From contig NC_068982.1 of NCBI RefSeq assembly GCF_001194135.2, positions 12,251,374 to 12,306,550 on the forward strand: 55,177 nucleotides of DNA, written 5' to 3'. Of this stretch, positions 12,987 through 25,914 are shown piece by piece. Position 1 is the stretch's first letter, and each line of letters begins with the position of its first letter. Source of the DNA: Octopus bimaculoides (Eukaryota). Made by a program: the position numbers and the translations under genes. Under the pieces are notes generated by a model. It saw nothing but the letters and a program-made list of their open reading frames with translations. It was not told the DNA's origin and ran no database searches.

Positions 12987-12988
<2 letters not shown>

Positions 12989-13150
12989 GTACCGGCACTG
13001 AGATGATTCTTGTTTATAGCTGAGTAGACTGGAGTAACACGAAATAAAGTTTTCTTGCTCAAGGACACAATGTGCAACCCAGTCCAGGAATTGAACCCAT
13101 TGACATTATGATCATGAGCCCAATACTTCAAACCACTAAGCCACAGTCCC
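12987..13150 (-). mobile_element. Family C tRNA-derived SINE 5' part
   Basis: Reverse complement of tggcttagtggtt...gggttcaattcctgg...gtgtccttgagcaagaaaactttattt. Confidence 0.65.
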
Positions 13151-14043
13151 TCAGTCCCACCACCACCACCACCACCACCACCACCATCATGATACAGATA
13201 CCAATCAGACTTAGATACTCATATATTCATAGTAGACAACACAAAACATTTTACATGAATTCCGTTCATTTCATATTCCTGCTCTATTTATTAACTATTT
13301 ACTTTCTAATTTAAACAACGTTTATTTTGATAAAACTCTATTTGACTGTATTTTATTAAAAGGTTCACTATATGTAATATATCACTGAACTTAGTCACTA
13401 TCAAAACTAATATCTTCAACTTAAAAATGCTATTTTTGATGTCCTGTATTCATCTAAATTTCAAGAAGGCAGCAGAAAATTTAGAATTTTTACTTTTATC
13501 TTACGGACATAATTGTTTCTGTCATGTAATGTTGCATTTTGTATAAGGTACAGTGTTATTTTGTTCTTAACTCTGCCAAATAGCAAAAACAAAGCAACAA
13601 AAGTTATAAACACAATTATGTATTTAAAAAAAACCCAAATTTGTGACCCCCCCCCCCCCAACAAAAAAACACCTCCAAAACAAAACATTTCTACAAAATA
13701 AATTCTGCTTCAAGTTAAATTATTTTACTGATATTTACTGATATGGATATGTTTCCAGTTTGCTTTCGTTCAGCTATAAAATAAACTAAAGTAAAGGAAA
13801 ACAAACTGCATGTTCAAGCCTTTCGTGACTGTACTTCTGATAAGATTACTGTCTCGGTATATTTCAGTTAATTTCTTAAATAACTGAAAATTTACAGGGT
13901 TTTAGTAAAATATATGCAATGGTTTTATTTATTGGTATATAGATACATGCAAGCATTGGATGTATGGTTAAGAAGTTTGCTTTGCAGCTACATGGTTTGG
14001 GGTTCAGTTCTGCTGCATGACACCTTGGCTGACCTGGGCCAAC

Positions 14044-14395
14044 TATCAGGTCATCCCATAAGTTCTGTCCGGTTTTACCTTTTTTTTAAAAAATTGAATG
14101 AAATTTAATAGTATTTTAGAATGCCTAATGGAATTAAAAATTATTTTTATGCATTTGTGTACATTTAAACTAGTTAAATATTATTTTACAGAATAATAGA
14201 ATTAAGATTTCTTTGATTAAAACCCTTTCTAACATGGAAGTATCCAAAGAGCATTTGAGGCACATTATGCTTTATGAGTACAAAAAAGGAAACTTTGCAG
14301 CTGAAGCGACTCAAAACATACACTCAGTTTATGGGAGAGAATGCTTGAATGAAAGAACTTGCTGAAGATGGTTTACAAAATTCAGAAGTGATGAC
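14044..14395 (+). mobile_element. Mariner (Tc1/mariner) transposon 5' fragment, transposase N-terminus pseudogene
   Basis: TA plus a TIR-like tcaggtcatcccataagttctgtccggtttt. From ATG 14234 the frame reads MEVSKEHLRHIMLYEYKKGNFAAEATQNIHSVYGRECLNERTC*RWFTKFRSD (mariner N-terminal HTH). It lies between the 5' (13950-14040) and 3' (14396-14462) pieces of a family A SINE. Confidence 0.85.
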
Positions 14396-14479
14396 CAGTG
14401 TTGGTGTGTTTATGTCCTGCTAAATTAGCAGTTCAGCAAAAAAGAATAATAAAATAAGTACTTATACATATACCCAGGC

Positions 14480-15032
14480 CTATTCCCCATTTGTTTTAGA
14501 AAGGGGTGGCCACAATAAGACACGCACCAGGTATTCCATTCATTTCCCAGCTCAAAGAGGCGAGCCCTGTTCTATGCTTGGGTCAAGACATGGAACACAA
14601 CCCCCAATATCAGCAGCGGGGCCTGACAGCATATGCTGGTTTATCCCCACCACATCATGCTGGTTCTGTACCCCTTTGAGCAACATCAAATTCCCTCATC
14701 TGTCCACAAACACTCTCCAAGCTTTCCTATCATATATAAACTCTCCAACACCCCCAACCACCAAAGTTTTCTATACTCCATCCATCCATTTACACAAAAT
14801 GACATCTGTCTCTAATTCTGCTGCCTACCACTTCTGCCTTCATCCCCCTCCTTACCATCTGCTCCTCATCCATCCTCTCCATGTGGCCAAACCACCTCAA
14901 CATTCATCTAACTAATTTGGTTGTTAGTTTTTTCTCTCTCATTCCTTCTCGTCTTCACACCTCCTCATTCCTCATCCTGTCCATCTGTGTCACGCCAACC
15001 ATAACCCTAAAAACATCTCATCTCAAACACAT
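14480..15032 (-). mobile_element. RTE LINE 3' fragment (ORF C-terminus plus 3' UTR), decayed
   Basis: Minus strand reads, with frameshifts, DVFEMRC...VTQMDRMRNEEV...MLRWFGHMERMDEEQMVRRGMKAEVVGSR, the typical RTE post-RT 'LRWFGHV.RM' motif. Confidence 0.85.
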
Positions 15033-15073
15033 CTAGTCGGAAAGAATATAAGTGCCAGGCTTCAAAAGTGTAC

Positions 15074-15627
15074 TCTTTTACTCTTACTCTCTTTTACTTG
15101 TTTTAGTCATTTGACTGCGGCCATGCTGGAGCACCAGCTTTAGTTGAGCAAATCGACCCCAGGACTTATTCTATCGGCCTCTTTTGCCAAACCGCTAAGT
15201 TACGGGGATGTAAACACACCAGCATCGGTTGTCAAGCGATGTTAGGGGGACAAACAGTGACACACAAACATATACACACACATACATATATGTATAACTT
15301 AGCGGTTCGGCAAAAGAGACCGATAGAATAAGTACTAGGCTTTCAAAGAATAAGTCCTGGGGTCGATTTGCTTGACTAAAGGCGGTTCTCCAGCATGGCC
15401 ACAGTCAAATGACTGAAACAAGTAAGAGAGTAAGAGAGAATATATATATATATATACATATATGCGACGGGCTTCTTTCAGTTTCCGTCTACCAAATCCA
15501 CTCACAAGGCTTTAGTCAGCCCGAGGCTATAGTAGAAGACACTTGCTCAAGGTGCCACACAGTGGGACTGAACCCGGAACCATGTGGTTGGTAAGCAAGC
15601 TACTTACCAGACAGCCACTCCTACACC
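15074..15627 (-). mobile_element. Family A SINE (3' half 15074-15290, 5' half 15465-15627) with an opposite-strand family A 3' half (15295-15440) inserted in its middle
   Basis: Direct comparison with the family A consensus; the inserted piece is inverted relative to the host. Confidence 0.8.
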
Positions 15628-16487
15628 TGTCGATTTGTTTCACTAAAATTCTTCATGGTGGTGCCCCAGCTTGGCTACAGTCTGATGACTGAAACAAGTA
15701 AAAAGCTAGAAAAAGTAAGAAGACACGGAAAAAAAAAATGATGTTCACTTACTGAAATCTTATGCTAGCATTCATATTTAACAAGACTCCAATCAAGATT
15801 TACATTGAATACATGAACACTTTTAATACGAGCAGCATTGGATGTGTTGCCATTGAAAGGGTTAAAAGAATAGCTATCTGAAACTTAACAGTGATAAATA
15901 ACAGCAGGTAGAAAAGAAAGTTGTCAATATAGCCTTGTCAGTAAATGTGTTGAATATCAGAATAAAGTTCAGTCTCTGTTAGCATAAGAGATTTCCATTA
16001 GTTTATCCATTTGACATTGATTCGGAGTGTAAACTAAAGTGAAACATCCAACTGAGTCTACATCTCAAGCTTTAACTCTTCAGACTACCAATTACCAAGG
16101 TTATTACGTAAGTTAAGTATGTTTTACTCCAGCCTAGAAATGTTATCTATTTTTGGTATGTTTAAAATAAAACAGCTAAATAATAGCAAGTTAAGAAAAA
16201 TATAAGCGCTGAAATATTTTTGCCCTTTTCTTTTTTTATTCATATGTCAGTATATTAGTTTCTCTCATGGGTAGTAAGAAAGCCAATTTTTTTTTTTTTT
16301 TACAAAAAAGCTGTTTGCATTACATTCACAATCACGTGATTTTGAGTTCCAACCCAAAGCATGGCATCTTGGGCAAGTATCTTCTGTTACAGCAGTTTAA
16401 AGTTAAATAATGAACTTGTAAGGGAAATGTTGATTGACAAAAACTGTATGGTAGCCTGTCATATGTGTGTGTGCATAGGAGGAATTT

Positions 16488-16822
16488 CAACCATGTTTCG
16501 TGGTCTGCTACCACAACAGCTCCTTTATAGGATCCAGTTAGCTGAAGACATCATCAGGAGGAACCACGTCCGGTTTCGGCCCCTACTCCTCTACCGTTTT
16601 GACGTGGCGGGGCCCCTCCTTTCGGAGGTGTCTTCAGCTCTGGTGTTGGGTGCATGTCTTCTTTCACTGTTTGTGACTGTTCTAATTCAACTGTGGAATG
16701 TCCCTCGCTATGGTTATTTTCCAGGAGGTTCTGGCCACACGTCTTACGGTTCATCAACCCGCGTTGTTGAATTACTTTCTTCTGACATACCTTCCCTTGG
16801 TGGATTAGGATCCAGTTAGCTC
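16488..16822 (-). mobile_element. Interspersed repeat, possibly a Penelope-like pLTR; second copy at 30723-31112
   Basis: About 170 nt of clear homology between 16488-16660 and 30727-30910. The minus strand has two CTGANGA...GAAAC pairs. A 16-nt direct repeat taggatccagttagct occurs at ~16527 and ~16807. Confidence 0.5.
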
Positions 16823-17094
16823 AAGATTCAAGGTGAATTTAGATTCAAGGTGAACATGGTACTTAAGTTTAGGCACCAGAATTAAGTATGGTATTATCCA
16901 TACAGTTTCAAATTAAGGTGATTAAAGTCAAACTAAGCAACAAGGATATCCAAAGTTAATGCAGTATGATTGTTTCATGCAACTTCATTTATTTAAGCAA
17001 TGTGAACATTACCTCACTGTGAACTCTATGTTATTGAACCTAGCCATTTCTGATATCCTATGTGTTAATGTGCCTAGATTCTATTGAATCCTAT

Positions 17095-17139
<45 letters not shown>

Positions 17140-17361
17140 NNNNNNNNNNATGTGAATTTATGGAAAGGTATCCCATAAAACTCAACAAATTTGTTAAAAT
17201 GGAGAAGAGAAGATGTTGAAATTTAACAAATTTGCCGAGTCTTATGGGATACCATTCCATAAATTCACTTAGCACACCATATACAAGTATTATTTTCATA
17301 TTCGCAAAATTACGCCAGTAAACTACCAGCAAAATATGAAGGATCTATATTAGAAATCTTT

Positions 17362-17364
17362 CTA

Positions 17365-17435
<71 letters not shown>

Positions 17436-17452
17436 GTCTATCCATATATCCG

Positions 17453-17510
<58 letters not shown>
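17362..17510. repeat. (TCTA)n tetranucleotide microsatellite
   Basis: Directly visible. Confidence 0.95.
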
Positions 17511-17511
<1 letters not shown>

Positions 17512-17803
17512 CACTCTTTCCCCCTCTCTCTCTGTGTTTGGGCATTATTGGACTAGTTGCTTTGTACTGAGTTCAAATTGTGTTGGGGTCAATTTTATTT
17601 TTCATCCTTTCAGGGATCAATAAATAAGCTATCAGTTCTGCACTGTGATTGATTCTTCTTTTCCCCTGTTACTTTTTCTGTCTGTCTTTTTTTCTCCTGC
17701 TAGGAGTAACTGATTTGACATGAGGTCCAAAGTGCCTAAAATGTGCCACATGTCACAATAACACCCCCACATCTCAATGAAGGATTTAATGGCCAACGAT
17801 ATG

Positions 17804-17859
<56 letters not shown>

Positions 17860-18186
17860 NNNNNNNNNNNNNNNNNNNNNNNNNNNNNNNNNNNNNNNNN
17901 NNNNNNNNNNNNNNNNNNNNNNNNNNNNNNNNNNNNNNNNNNNNNNNNNNNNNNNNNNNNNNNNNNNNNNNNNNNNNNNNNNNNNNNNNNNNNNNNNCAC
18001 ACACTCTCTCTCTCTCTCATGTAGTTCATATTTTTCATAAACAAAATGACCAGAAGTAGTTCAATAAGTGAAAGTATGAAATATATTACTTTTATTTGCA
18101 AACAGATGTTGGCATCAAGAAGGACGTGTGTCCATAGAATACTCTCTCAGTAACCTTTATCCAATCCATACTAGCATGCGAGAACA

Positions 18187-18217
<31 letters not shown>

Positions 18218-19363
18218 GGAGGAGGAGGAATTCAAACGACACCTTGATTAACTGTTCACTCTACACATTTTATGCTTACTTGACCTCATTTTGAAATATC
18301 CCTCTCCTTTTCTATATATGTCATTCAAATCATAATTCATCAAATGTTTGCCTCCTCTAGACAGGCATGGGTTTTATTCTAGAGAAATTGTGTGTGTGTG
18401 TGTATGTGTGTGTGTGTGTGTATGTGCGTGTGTGTGTGCATATGCGTGGCTTTATGCTTTTACAAGGGCATTAGCAATATAAATGAAATGAAATGGTGGC
18501 ACCACAAATCTTTCAGCTATATTGCAAAAGGAATAAAAAAAAAAAAAGTATTCTTTTCCTCCTTTTTGCTCCGTTCTTTCATTCCAGTTCCCATCCATAC
18601 ATTTTCGTATTCATGCTCTTTCCATTTCATTATATCTTCTCCATTCCTTTTTCACTTGTGTGAGTTCTTTCTCCTTTTATTTGCTGTCTATTTATTCATT
18701 TTTGTTTTCATTTGATACTCTTCCCAATTGCTCTTATGTCTGAATAACCACTTCTATTAAAAAAGAACATATTTTCATTTTGCAAGCTTTCTGCTTCGTC
18801 TGCCTGACAAAAGACTTCTCTCTCTCTCTCTCATCATTCACACAGTGCACTCTAATCTCTAATTATTTCTTTCTACTTAGAAACTAACAAGGGAAAAAGT
18901 GTTGAAAGTTGTTATCAGAAGATGGAGGAGTTTGAATTTTAGTGTAGTTCCACATGTGTTTGACCCATCAATCTGCCATTTGTTTCTTATGTTCTGTCGT
19001 AAATAATACACAATAATGAGGGGACCGATTGTCTTTACAAGGTTTTAAGTTGAATAGGGACAGGATTAAAGAAATTTTGCAGCAATTTTAAAATCTTTGA
19101 TCTTCCTTTTTTAATTCTCAGCCAAAAATTGAAAACTAACGTAATGCTAAATGCTTTATTATAAATACCAAAAAGGAAAAACAAAATTTGAAAATCGTAC
19201 TTATTTAATTTGGAGCCATGTAGTGAAACAAAAGCAAATTGCGAAGTGAAAAAAGCCATTTTAACCATTTAAAAATATACAAAAAACTATTAAATTCACT
19301 TTTAATTGACTTCTTGAAGTGTTAAGATTTTAGAGTTTTTGTATTTTTTAAATGGCTAAAATT

Positions 19364-19397
<34 letters not shown>

Positions 19398-19398
19398 C

Positions 19399-20725
19399 AA
19401 TCAGGGTAGCCAAACTCACCCAGAAATTGACTGAGAGAAAACTGTCCCTGAAAGGTCAGGTGGAAGTGGTGAACATCTATATCGCATCTGTCATCTATTA
19501 CTGTCTGACCATCATGCCTTGCCCTGGGTCACACCTGAAGAAGTTGGAGCAAATACTCTTTCACTTTCTCTTGTCAAGCTGTCCATCTGCTCTCAACAGC
19601 TGCTGAATGGAGGGCTGGGCATGGTTGCTGATGTGCAGGCATGCATTGAGGCTGTGGCATCTCCTGTGTTTCCTTGATGGTGAACAGGTGTGGTCACCCT
19701 TCATCAAGTGTGCTTTTTCTCAACTTGTCTCCTTAATTGAGCTGCAACCCTAGGTGAAGCTGAGACTGAGGGAGGGTGAGTGGCACCTTGAGTGCTGACA
19801 AGCCCTCTTAGTTCTCTACTAGTCAGGCAATGCAGTTGGTGGAAATTCCACTAGGCATTCTATTGGGGGTTAGCGGAGGTTAGGTGTGATGATGCCCTTG
19901 GGGAGGCTTTGGGCTTCAATGAAGAACAACTGGCCAATCTTTTCCGGAGGACTTTTGGGCTGGGGCCTGAGGATAACTTCCAGAAATCCTTGGCCTGGCA
20001 ATGCTACTGGGGTACATTGCTGGTTCAAGATAAAACCCACAGGCACGGAAATACCGTCAGCTGGAGCTGCCTGAGATGTGTGCAGAGCAATGAAACCATC
20101 CTGCATGCACTCATCCAGTGCCCCAAAATTTCTGACGTGTGGGTTTATGTCGAGCACTTGCTGACACATGTCACAAAAATCTGGCTATCAACTGAGTCTG
20201 TTCTTAAGTTTACTCTGCCCCCTTTCTTTGGTCAAGAAGGTCGGGCAATTTTGATCTGTCTAGTGGCCATGGTGAAAGAGGTTGTGTGGTGGACAAAACT
20301 GAAAGGGTTGAAAACGGGCACTTTACTCTCTGGTGAATCTCTGATCAACTTTTTCAGGTTCCACTTGAAGAGGTGGATGAGACTGAAGAAGGAAGAACCC
20401 CCTTCTAGCAGATTTATTGAAAAATGAATGAGTGGCGAGCATGGTTCATGTGAAGGGGCCTACTCTGAGCATGCATTTCTGAGTGGAGTAAGACAGAGAA
20501 AGAGGAAGCACTTGCTTAAGTGATCAGGGAAACCATGATTTTCTGTGGGGTTTGTACGGTTTTCCCTTGGATGTCTCCCCCCACTATTGGGGAATTGTAA
20601 TTGTTTTAATTTTATTGTTAATTTTTGTTATTGTTTTATATGTTTACATGGTGAACCTCTTTGTTTGTGCCGTTCTATTTCCATCCCTGTGTTTTCTATG
20701 TAGGCCCATGTGGCCAATAAAGAAA
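19399..20725 (+). mobile_element. Tx1/L1-clade LINE, 5'-truncated and decayed (ORF2 C-terminus plus 3' UTR)
   Basis: RKLSLKGQVEVVNIYIASVIYY...LEQILFHFL, then GGLGM-like; zf-RVT-like FQKSLAWQCYWGTL; CCHC knuckle CLRCVQSNETILHALIQC (C-x2-C-x7-H-x4-C); AATAAA near 20716. Begins directly after an (ATC)n tract. Confidence 0.85.
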
Positions 20726-20828
20726 ACATTATTAGTATGTTATTTTTTTTTATATATGAGGAAAACAAATTTTGTTTCATTCAATATCTTATTAAGATTT
20801 GGCTGGCAAGAGATATCCACAAAATATA

Positions 20829-21165
20829 AGTGTGGACCCTACATAAAAAGCACCCAGTACACTCTGTAAAGTAGTTGGTGTTAGAAGGGCAGCCAGCCAT
20901 AGAAATTATGCCAGAAACAGACAATTAGAACCAGGTGTAGCTCTCTGGCTTGCCCAGCTCTTATCAAACCATCCAACCCATGCCAGCATGGAAAACAGAT
21001 GTTAAATGATANNNNNNNNNNNNNNNNNNNNNNNNNNNNNNNNNNNNNNNNNNNNNNNNNNNNNNNNNNNNNNNNNNNNNNNNNNNNNNNNNNNNTCTTA
21101 TCAAACCATCCAACCCATGCCAGCATGGAAAACAGATGTTAAATGATAGTGATGATGATGATGAT
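20829..21165 (+). mobile_element. Family D repeat; its 3' 50 nt are repeated on both sides of a gap
   Basis: tcttatcaaaccatccaacccatgccagcatggaaaacagatgttaaatgata at 20960-21011 and 21096-21148, probably an assembly overlap. Confidence 0.7.
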
Positions 21166-21671
21166 AATGGTTCTACAATTTTGGAAAAATTCTAAAAGAG
21201 TTCTATGACTAAATAAGTTTTGAGAACTACTGCTTTACTGTATCTACTTCTGAGTGTTCTGGAGTCAACATTGTCTTTGTTATGGAGAGATCAATAAAAC
21301 AAGGTACCACTCAAATACTGAAGTTTATCCAATTTTCTCTTCTCCACACCCAATATCTTTTGACTTTGTGCCTTTTGTGGAAAGCCATTATTATTCTATT
21401 TCACAGTGCTTCCCTAGTTATGGTGGCAAATTCAGCAGTCCATTGATTCAGTCATCTCTGCAGTCTTGTGTAGAACTGTAAAAGCTTCCTAAGTCTTAAG
21501 AATCCTCTGTAAAGGGTCAGTGTTTAGTTCCAGTCTTCAGTTTTTCTTTTTTTTTTTCCGTGATGTGAGATGCATTTCCCCTGTTTAGGAAGTTAATCGA
21601 TTGTATGCATCATTATTCTCAGATGTCAGTTGTTACCACCACCAACATCACTGCTGCTGCTGCTGCTTCTG

Positions 21672-21722
<51 letters not shown>

Positions 21723-21944
21723 ATAATAATAATAATAATAATGGTTTCAAATTTTGGAACAAGGCCGGCAATTTCAAGGGAGAGTGTAAGTCGATTAAAT
21801 CGACCCCAGTGTTCAACTAGTACTTATTTTATCAATCCCAGGAGGATGAAAGGCAAAGTCTAATTCAGTGCAATTTGAATTCAGCATGTAAAGACAGATG
21901 AAATGCTGATAAGCATGCTAACAATTCTGGCAGCTCAACACCCC

Positions 21945-22012
<68 letters not shown>

Positions 22013-22220
22013 TAATAATAATAATAACAACAACAGTACTTTCTACTAAAAGCACAAGGCCTGAAATTTTGGGGAGGAGACTAGTTAATTCACTGGTACT
22101 TAATTTATCGACCCTGAAAGGATGAAAGGCAAAGTCAACCTCGGCAGAATTTGAACTCAAAACATAGCAGCAGACAAACTACCATTAAGCATTTCACCCA
22201 GTGTGCTAATGATTCTGCAG
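21672..22220 (-). mobile_element. Two family B SINEs (21742-21945, 22045-22220) embedded in (TAC)n/(AAT)n tracts
   Basis: Family B reverse-complement matches; (AAT)n at 21721-21742 and 21945-22025. Confidence 0.75.
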
Positions 22221-22369
22221 CCTTGCTTGGAACTGCAAGAATTCTTGGCAGGGTTCTTGAAGCATGACCAGTAATCAAGTGTCACCTTAGTCTGCTGGCT
22301 GTGGACAGCTGACACCTTTCATCATACCTAGCAAAATAAAGCTGTGAATTTTCATATAATAATAATAAT

Positions 22370-22750
22370 GATGGTGATGATTATACTTTCTTTTTATTAA
22401 TCACAGGGGCATAAATGATGGGGAAATCACAAAGACAGACAACAATTTGTGTGGGGATTTATATAAGGGGTGGGGAAAAAAGGAATGGAAAAGACAGTGA
22501 GTTGCAATAAACGTATATACAGTATACAAAACATGTGATAATATGAATGATGCAGTCCTCCTGATTCAAGAGAAGCTCTAACTAGGGCCAATCAAGGAAC
22601 CCCATAGATCCTGGATTACCCTAACCACCAAAGGTACAAGCCCTCTTTCCAATTTACAGGTGCTTACTTAGAGTTGGGCCATTCCCTTTAACCATTTTTG
22701 CCACAGTCACCCATCTTTACGCAGATTCTCTGGAAGGAACTGAACCACTA
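22370..22750 (-). mobile_element. Tx1/L1-clade LINE extreme 3' end, second related copy
   Basis: Minus strand reads RWVTVAKMVKGNGPTLSKHL*, homologous to the frameshifted end of the 19399-20725 copy (VASMVHVKGPTLSMHF*). The UTR ends aataaaaagaaagtataatcatcaccatc. Confidence 0.65.
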
Positions 22751-22774
22751 CTTCAATTAAAGGAGCACTTCGTC

Positions 22775-23085
22775 AGTTACGACGTCGAGGCTCCCAGTTG
22801 ATACGATCAACAGAACAGCTTGCTTGTGAAATTAACGTGCAAGTGGCTGAGCATTCCACAGACACATATTCCCTTAACATAGTTCTCAGGGAGATACAGC
22901 GTGACACAGAGTGTGACAAGGCTGGCCCTTTGAAATACAGGTACTACTTATTTTTGCCAGCTGAGTGGACTGGAGCAGCATGAAATAAAGTGTCTCGCTC
23001 AAGGACACAACACGTCGCCAGGAATTGAACTCACAACATTACAATCATGAGCCGAATGCCCTAACCACTAAGCCACGTGCCTTCA
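22775..23085 (-). mobile_element. Family C SINE
   Basis: Reverse complement of the copies at 23400-23738 and 34349-34638. Confidence 0.8.
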
Positions 23086-23399
23086 CAACTACTTCAATAA
23101 CATTAATGATGACAACAAAGATAATACTACAGTCACAACCACTATCATCTCTGCTGCAACTGTTATTCCATTTCTGCCTCTTTCTACATAAAGATCTATC
23201 ATTTTTAATGCCAACACTCTCCACACTTATAACAAAGATTTTGTTATTTTCTTTCTCTATGATTTTGCCATCATTTATGAACAATGTCTTTTTCTGTTTT
23301 CTTTTAGTTTTCTATGATTATTGTTTTTGCTGTTTTTCTTACTAATATGGATAACTCACAGTCGTAGGATATGTATATCCTTACTAATATGGATAACTC

Positions 23400-23738
23400 A
23401 CAGTCGTAATATGTATAACTCACAGTCGTAGGATCATGGTTTCGATTCTCAGACCAGACATTGTGAGTGTTTATTGAGTGAAAACACCTAAAGTTCCATG
23501 AAGCTCCAGCAGGGGATGGTGGCAAAACCTACTGTACTTTTTTGCAATAACTTTCTCTCACTCTTTCTTCCTGTTTCTGTTGTACCTGTATTTCAAAGGG
23601 GCGGCCTTGTCACACTCTGTGTCACGCTGAATCTCCCCGAGAACTACATTAAGGCTACGCGTGTCTGTGGAGTGCTCAGCCACTTGCACCTTAATTTCAC
23701 GAGCAGGCTGTTCTGTTGATCGGATCAACTGGAGTGCC
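23400..23738 (+). mobile_element. Family C SINE with tandemly amplified head sequence
   Basis: gtttcgattc B-box-like motif; 3' body gcggccttgtcacactctgtgtcacgctgaatctccc. Confidence 0.7.
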
Positions 23739-24489
23739 ACAATCTCTACTTCACTCTATTTCATGTTGCCTCTCCTTATCTGATTCATACAAGACCTTAT
23801 TTATTAGTCATTCATAATGATATTCATTCCATATATTTTTCTTACAATCACTGAATGAACATTTTCGCACACTTTTTTTTACACAGCAAATTTGATTTCT
23901 TTTCAGGAAATGGTCTTTTTTTTCTGTTTGTGGGAGGAAAAAAATCTCTGACTGTTCATCCTTCTCACATTTATCTTCTGTCCTTTCTTTTCTTCTTTCA
24001 ATATAACATGTCCTCACACACACACACACACACACATACATTCATCAAGAAATGTTCTTACATGTTTTTCCATTTCTTGAAATCTTGTCTTTATGATCTA
24101 ATCTTATTTCTGTTTATTTATTCTCCATTATCTTTTATTTCGAAACAAAACATTGAAATGGTACTCATAAAAATGCACGCACAGACACACAAACACATAA
24201 AATCATACACATCCATGGGGATGGACACATAAACACATGCTGGCACTCACTCCTCCTCCTCCTCCTCCTCTGTCCACTGTTTCAGCCCCTACCTACTCAC
24301 TATACCCATCCTTCCTATTGACTCATTGAATGCTGTCCTTCTGCAACTGCCCCATCAACTCCGTATTGTTTTCCTAAAACAGTTGACTTGTGACTGTTCA
24401 AAAAAGAACATTAATTGCTGTCAATCTCACCAATCTCTAAAGTCCTGCAAAGGCCTAAAGAAACAGCTACCCTTTCCTGTGGGCCTATA

Positions 24490-24678
24490 AACACACACAC
24501 ATACACACTCTCTCTCTCACACATACACACACATACACTCGCACACTCTCACACACACTCACACACATGCACACTCACACACACTAACACATACACACTC
24601 ACACACACACATACACACACAAACACACACACACACACACTCACACACACACACACACTCACACACACACACACACTT
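24490..24678. repeat. Compound CA/CT-rich microsatellite
   Basis: Directly visible. Confidence 0.9.
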
Positions 24679-24711
24679 ACAAATAATTATTCAACTTAAA
24701 AAAACATACAG

Positions 24712-24970
24712 CAATAGTTCTCAACCATTTGTTTTTGGCTAGGGACCCCTCTTGGATCCTATTTTCCTCTGCTGGATGGATCTCCATAGACATTTACCGT
24801 CTATAAAAAAAAAATCTTATTGTATTTTCATAATTAAATATTATTAAGAATTGTATAAAAATTTTTTTAGTATTTTGTGTATTGTACAAGTATAAACAAT
24901 TTATTGCACACAAATTTTAACAATAAAATCTTATATGGGCTTCCCCACCCCACCAAGGACCATGTGGACA
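24712..24970 (+). mobile_element. hAT-like non-autonomous element fragment
   Basis: Starts ...agttctcaaccattt; homologous to 3465-3702 in the opposite orientation. Confidence 0.55.
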
Positions 24971-25335
24971 CTGCCATACAATGTCCCCGAAATATCTTGA
25001 AAATATACTAAAGAAGAAGCCTCTATACAGTTGACTTACCTTTATTTTTTTTTTTTATTGCTTAGGGAACGAAGGAAGGGCACTTCTCATCACCCTTTTT
25101 CCTTAGTGTCTCTGAGACTGGTGGGAAGAAGGACGGAAGTTACCCTTGACTAGGGGCCTGGTCTAAATTCTTGCAAGAGAATGAACACTACTAAAGGTAC
25201 TCAAGGAACCAAGCGGTATTATTAAACAGGGGGTAAAATGCAAAGAGACAGGATGAATACCACAAGGTATAGGATGAATACCACAAGATGTTCTGACAAT
25301 TCTGTTTGTTCACCACTTGCCCTGGTACTTTAATC

Positions 25336-25914
25336 CAGTGGTTCCCAAAGTGGACAGTATTTACTTACCCCGTAGGGGCAGTGGAAAGATCCAGGGGGCA
25401 TTGAAGAAAAGTGGGATGATAACGGGGTGGCTAAAATGGGCCAATAGATGTTTCTTCTTTCTTGCCTTTAACCCCCCAACACAGAGTATAGGCCACTTAT
25501 AATTGAATTCCAAGTCGCATAATTTTTCGCTTCTGTACTTATACTCTGCCATGAATGTCAGCTTTTCTCTAGTTCCTTTTGTGTTGATCTACGCCACGAG
25601 TTCTTAGGCCTACCTTTCTTTCTATATCCATCTGGATTCCACTGTAAAGTACTTTTCGCTACATTTGGTGTGTCCTTTCTAATTGTGCTACCAATCCACT
25701 TCCACTTTTTCTTAAATATTTGCTCCCTAATCGATAGATGTAAAAAAAAAAAAATCAATTAGTTAATTAGGTTTAAGTTATATTTGTAAAATACAGTTGT
25801 TTTGAATTTGCTGTAGAGTGTGGTTTATATTTGAGGTAGGGAAGGTGAGAGGGCGCTAGGAATGTGGCCTGAGTGCCAAAGGGGCAACAGCCTGAAAAAG
25901 TTTGGGAACTACTG
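25336..25914. mobile_element. hAT-superfamily MITE with intact termini and 8-bp TSD
   Basis: TIRs cagtggttcccaaa / tttgggaactactg (13 of 14 match) and an exact 8-bp TSD CTTTAATC at 25328-25335 and 25915-25922. Confidence 0.9.
25462..25745 (-). mobile_element. RTE LINE 3' fragment nested inside the hAT MITE
   Basis: KKWKWIGSTIRKDTPNVAKSTLQWNPDGYRKKGRPKNSWRRSTQKELEKS*HSWQSISTEAKNYATWNSIISGLYS, a typical RTE C-terminus. Confidence 0.85.

Noticed and set aside
16361-16819. 152-aa plus-strand ORF with a hydrophobic stretch
   Set aside because: It starts in a SINE fragment and runs through an interspersed repeat; the second copy at 30723 does not preserve the frame; no family recognised.
20960-21148. 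Exact ~50-nt direct repeat
   Set aside because: The copies flank an N-gap, consistent with unmerged overlapping contig ends.
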